Assembly: GCA_030295235.1 (NCBI GenBank)
Contig: AP026135.1
Coordinates: 558,001-622,000 of the forward strand
Direction: 5' to 3'
DNA length: 64,000 nucleotides
Source of the DNA: Fistulifera solaris
Taxonomy: Eukaryota
Part shown: positions 61,908 to 64,000 of the stretch, piece by piece
Layout of the letters: each line of letters begins with the position of its first letter
How positions within the stretch are numbered: the first letter of the stretch is position 1
Translations under genes and position numbers: made by a program
Notes under the pieces: model-generated
Databases searched by the model: none
The model's input: the letters and a program-made list of their open reading frames with translations, nothing else
What the model was told of the DNA's origin: nothing

Positions 61908-63449
61908 TCATGATTGCTCCAGCGAATCGGCTACTACATGCGGTGACATTTGTATGCCCTCGCAATCCAATTCCAAAAGGTCGGTATGACAGCCCAGCAA
62001 CGAAGCCATACTGGGTATTGTCCGCCCCAGATCACTGTGCACAAACTCTTTAACGTACGTTCCAGCCGTTGTGGAAATTTGGAGTTGAAAATGGTGCTCG
62101 TCAATGACCGTCGCCTGATACGAAAGGACGTACCGTGTGCGTTTGATGTTGCTACGTCGGTGGAGCACCCGAATGGGGGTAGCTTGCTGGATTTTTAAGG
62201 GAAAGAGTGCCGTGAACTTATTCAGTATTTCTTGCGTCACGGGTTTGGCACTCCAACAATAACAGCCATAATATTTGACCTTATCTTCTGTTTCAGTTTG
62301 TAAATTCTTGTAAGATGAACTAGGGCAAAACGCCAGTTCCGGTGCAATCCCCACTCCCAAAGGGTTGGTGCCGTACGATCGATGCGACGGCGACTCGTCA
62401 CCATCATTAATACCACGAACAATTTTTGGCAAAGTTACCGTCGGCAAAGGCATTTCCAATGCATCCGTCACTTCGCACACAAATGGTCTCCCCGTGATAT
62501 CCGAGTTTGGCTCGCTCGGTAATAACATTTTGACATCCATGTCTTCCCTACCCGACGCATGAAATTTGCACTTGCCGTAGACCAGATTCGAATCCTCGTT
62601 ATTATTGCTGGTGGAGATCCCACCGACATGTTGGGTCAGAATGGGTACAATTTGCTCCTCGACGGACGTGACCCCTCGTTTACGCGTTACACCCGCATCC
62701 ACCACCACAAAGGGAGTTTGGGATACATCTCGTCGCGTTTTCGTATAACAACTTTTGACGTAAAAAGGTCTTCTCCAAACAGCAACATGAATTTCTACAT
62801 CGGTAAGTGCTTCGTCTTTCGGAGGATCCCACGCACCTTCGACCGGCTGTGTCGAACTGTTGATGGACCAGACGACTTTGCCCTGTTGCTCGATACGTTG
62901 TTCGAGATTCTCTCGTGGATCACCTCCTTGCGATACCTCTTCGTAAGTACGCCTTTTTCTCTTTTTTCGTGACTTGTTCTGGTGGGATGTATCCAAGCTA
63001 GGCCGTTTTACGGTGGGTAGGACGACGACCGCGACACTCAAATGCCCTTGTTGCTCATCTTTGACGCAGGAAGGGAATGAGTCGAGTATCTCACTGGTAG
63101 CATAGTCAAGTTCAATACGTTTGAGACACTCGTGTAAAGTGTCTTTCCCATACTGCTTGAGTCGTTGCGTGTAATCGGCACATGCCTTCCGATTTCCACA
63201 ACGGGCCAATCGATAGATCAAATCTCCCGGTAGGTTGATGGTGTTGTTGTCGCTGGAAAATTTCACAAACTGACGGTACGGTTCCACCATGGTTCGTATA
63301 GCATCTTTGAGCCGTTTCGCAAAGGTCTCTTTTTGAAAAACTCCCAAGCAAACAAAACACGTTTGTGTCGTTGCCGTGTCGGTAGTAGGGTGGATGCTTA
63401 GAGCAGTCTGGCACGTTACGCAAAGCGGATACTCGTGTTCGGAACCCAT
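61908..63449 (-). CDS. PUS10: tRNA pseudouridine synthase Pus10
   Basis: YTKTRRDVSQTP, FHASGREDMDV, GRPF, QATPIRVLHRR, AGTYVKEFVHSDLGRT. Confidence 0.95.
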   Translation of the reverse strand: MGSEHEYPLCVTCQTALSIHPTTDTATTQTCFVCLGVFQKETFAKRLKDAIRTMVEPYRQFVKFSSDNNTINLPGDLIYRLARCGNRKACADYTQRLKQYGKDTLHECLKRIELDYATSEILDSFPSCVKDEQQGHLSVAVVVLPTVKRPSLDTSHQNKSRKKRKRRTYEEVSQGGDPRENLEQRIEQQGKVVWSINSSTQPVEGAWDPPKDEALTDVEIHVAVWRRPFYVKSCYTKTRRDVSQTPFVVVDAGVTRKRGVTSVEEQIVPILTQHVGGISTSNNNEDSNLVYGKCKFHASGREDMDVKMLLPSEPNSDITGRPFVCEVTDALEMPLPTVTLPKIVRGINDGDESPSHRSYGTNPLGVGIAPELAFCPSSSYKNLQTETEDKVKYYGCYCWSAKPVTQEILNKFTALFPLKIQQATPIRVLHRRSNIKRTRYVLSYQATVIDEHHFQLQISTTAGTYVKEFVHSDLGRTIPSMASLLGCHTDLLELDCEGIQMSPHVVADSLEQS

Positions 63450-64000
63450 ACGGTGTACAAATTCGTCGAAGGGAGAGAAGACTCGAGCGATCAGGCCTCT
63501 GGTAAAAGGGTAGTTCTATTGATTTCTATGATTGGTGAGATTTGTAATGACACTTTATGTGTTTTGTTTACGGCTTGACGATGGATTCAGAATTCAGATC
63601 CTTTACCTGGTATTGTGCGGTTGCAAACGCGAGTAATTCCGGGACTGAAAGTTAAGTCGTGAGAGAAGTCGAAAACAATGTGTCAGGTTCACGTATCAAC
63701 TTTCAACATGATGATGATTCTTATACCATAACCATCGATAATAATTACTCAACGTAATAAATAATCAGAATGAAGTTCCCGCCTTTTGATCTCCTGTCAA
63801 TTATTGGGCGGCAATGGTTAGTAGGGCAGAGTTTCTCTTTTATAATTGATCCGTTATAAAGTCGCCAGACTTGAGACCCGATTGAGTCGGAGAATCCATT
63901 ATGTTCGTATAGTGCATTTGAAGCAATGTCCACGTGTCTAGATTACCGCGACTACAAATCCAACAAGAGCATCAACACCAGTAACAACTAACAACGCCAA

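Overview
Gene-dense eukaryotic nuclear DNA from a pennate-type diatom (inferred from the 18S sequence, bipartite signal+AF/AW plastid presequences and short GT-AG introns). About 26 protein genes surround one complete minus-strand rDNA unit (18S-ITS1-5.8S-ITS2-28S, about 46.5-52.3 kb), which is flanked on both sides by ordinary genes rather than further rDNA repeats. Recognisable genes: dephospho-CoA kinase (partial), bestrophin-like channel, DPH7, vWA/alpha-kinase, Maf, mitochondrial uS5, QSOX, two multidomain glycosyltransferases, CIAO1, a Cys-less thioredoxin-like protein, an MFS transporter, RCE1, BMT5-like protein, an HMG-box protein, RBM34/NOP12, an NSF-like AAA ATPase, gyrase A, UTP4, a SNAPc1-like protein, an LRR protein, TatD and PUS10. 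Many ORFs are split by single-base indels in homopolymers, most likely assembly errors. Best leads: a DUF4258-like + vWA + alpha-kinase fusion, a plastid bestrophin with a long acidic repeat-bearing tail, a family of intergenic TAC-N(0-3)-GTA palindromic motifs, a MITE-like element, and ~550 bp rDNA spacer subrepeats. All family calls come from motif recognition by eye; no database searches were run.
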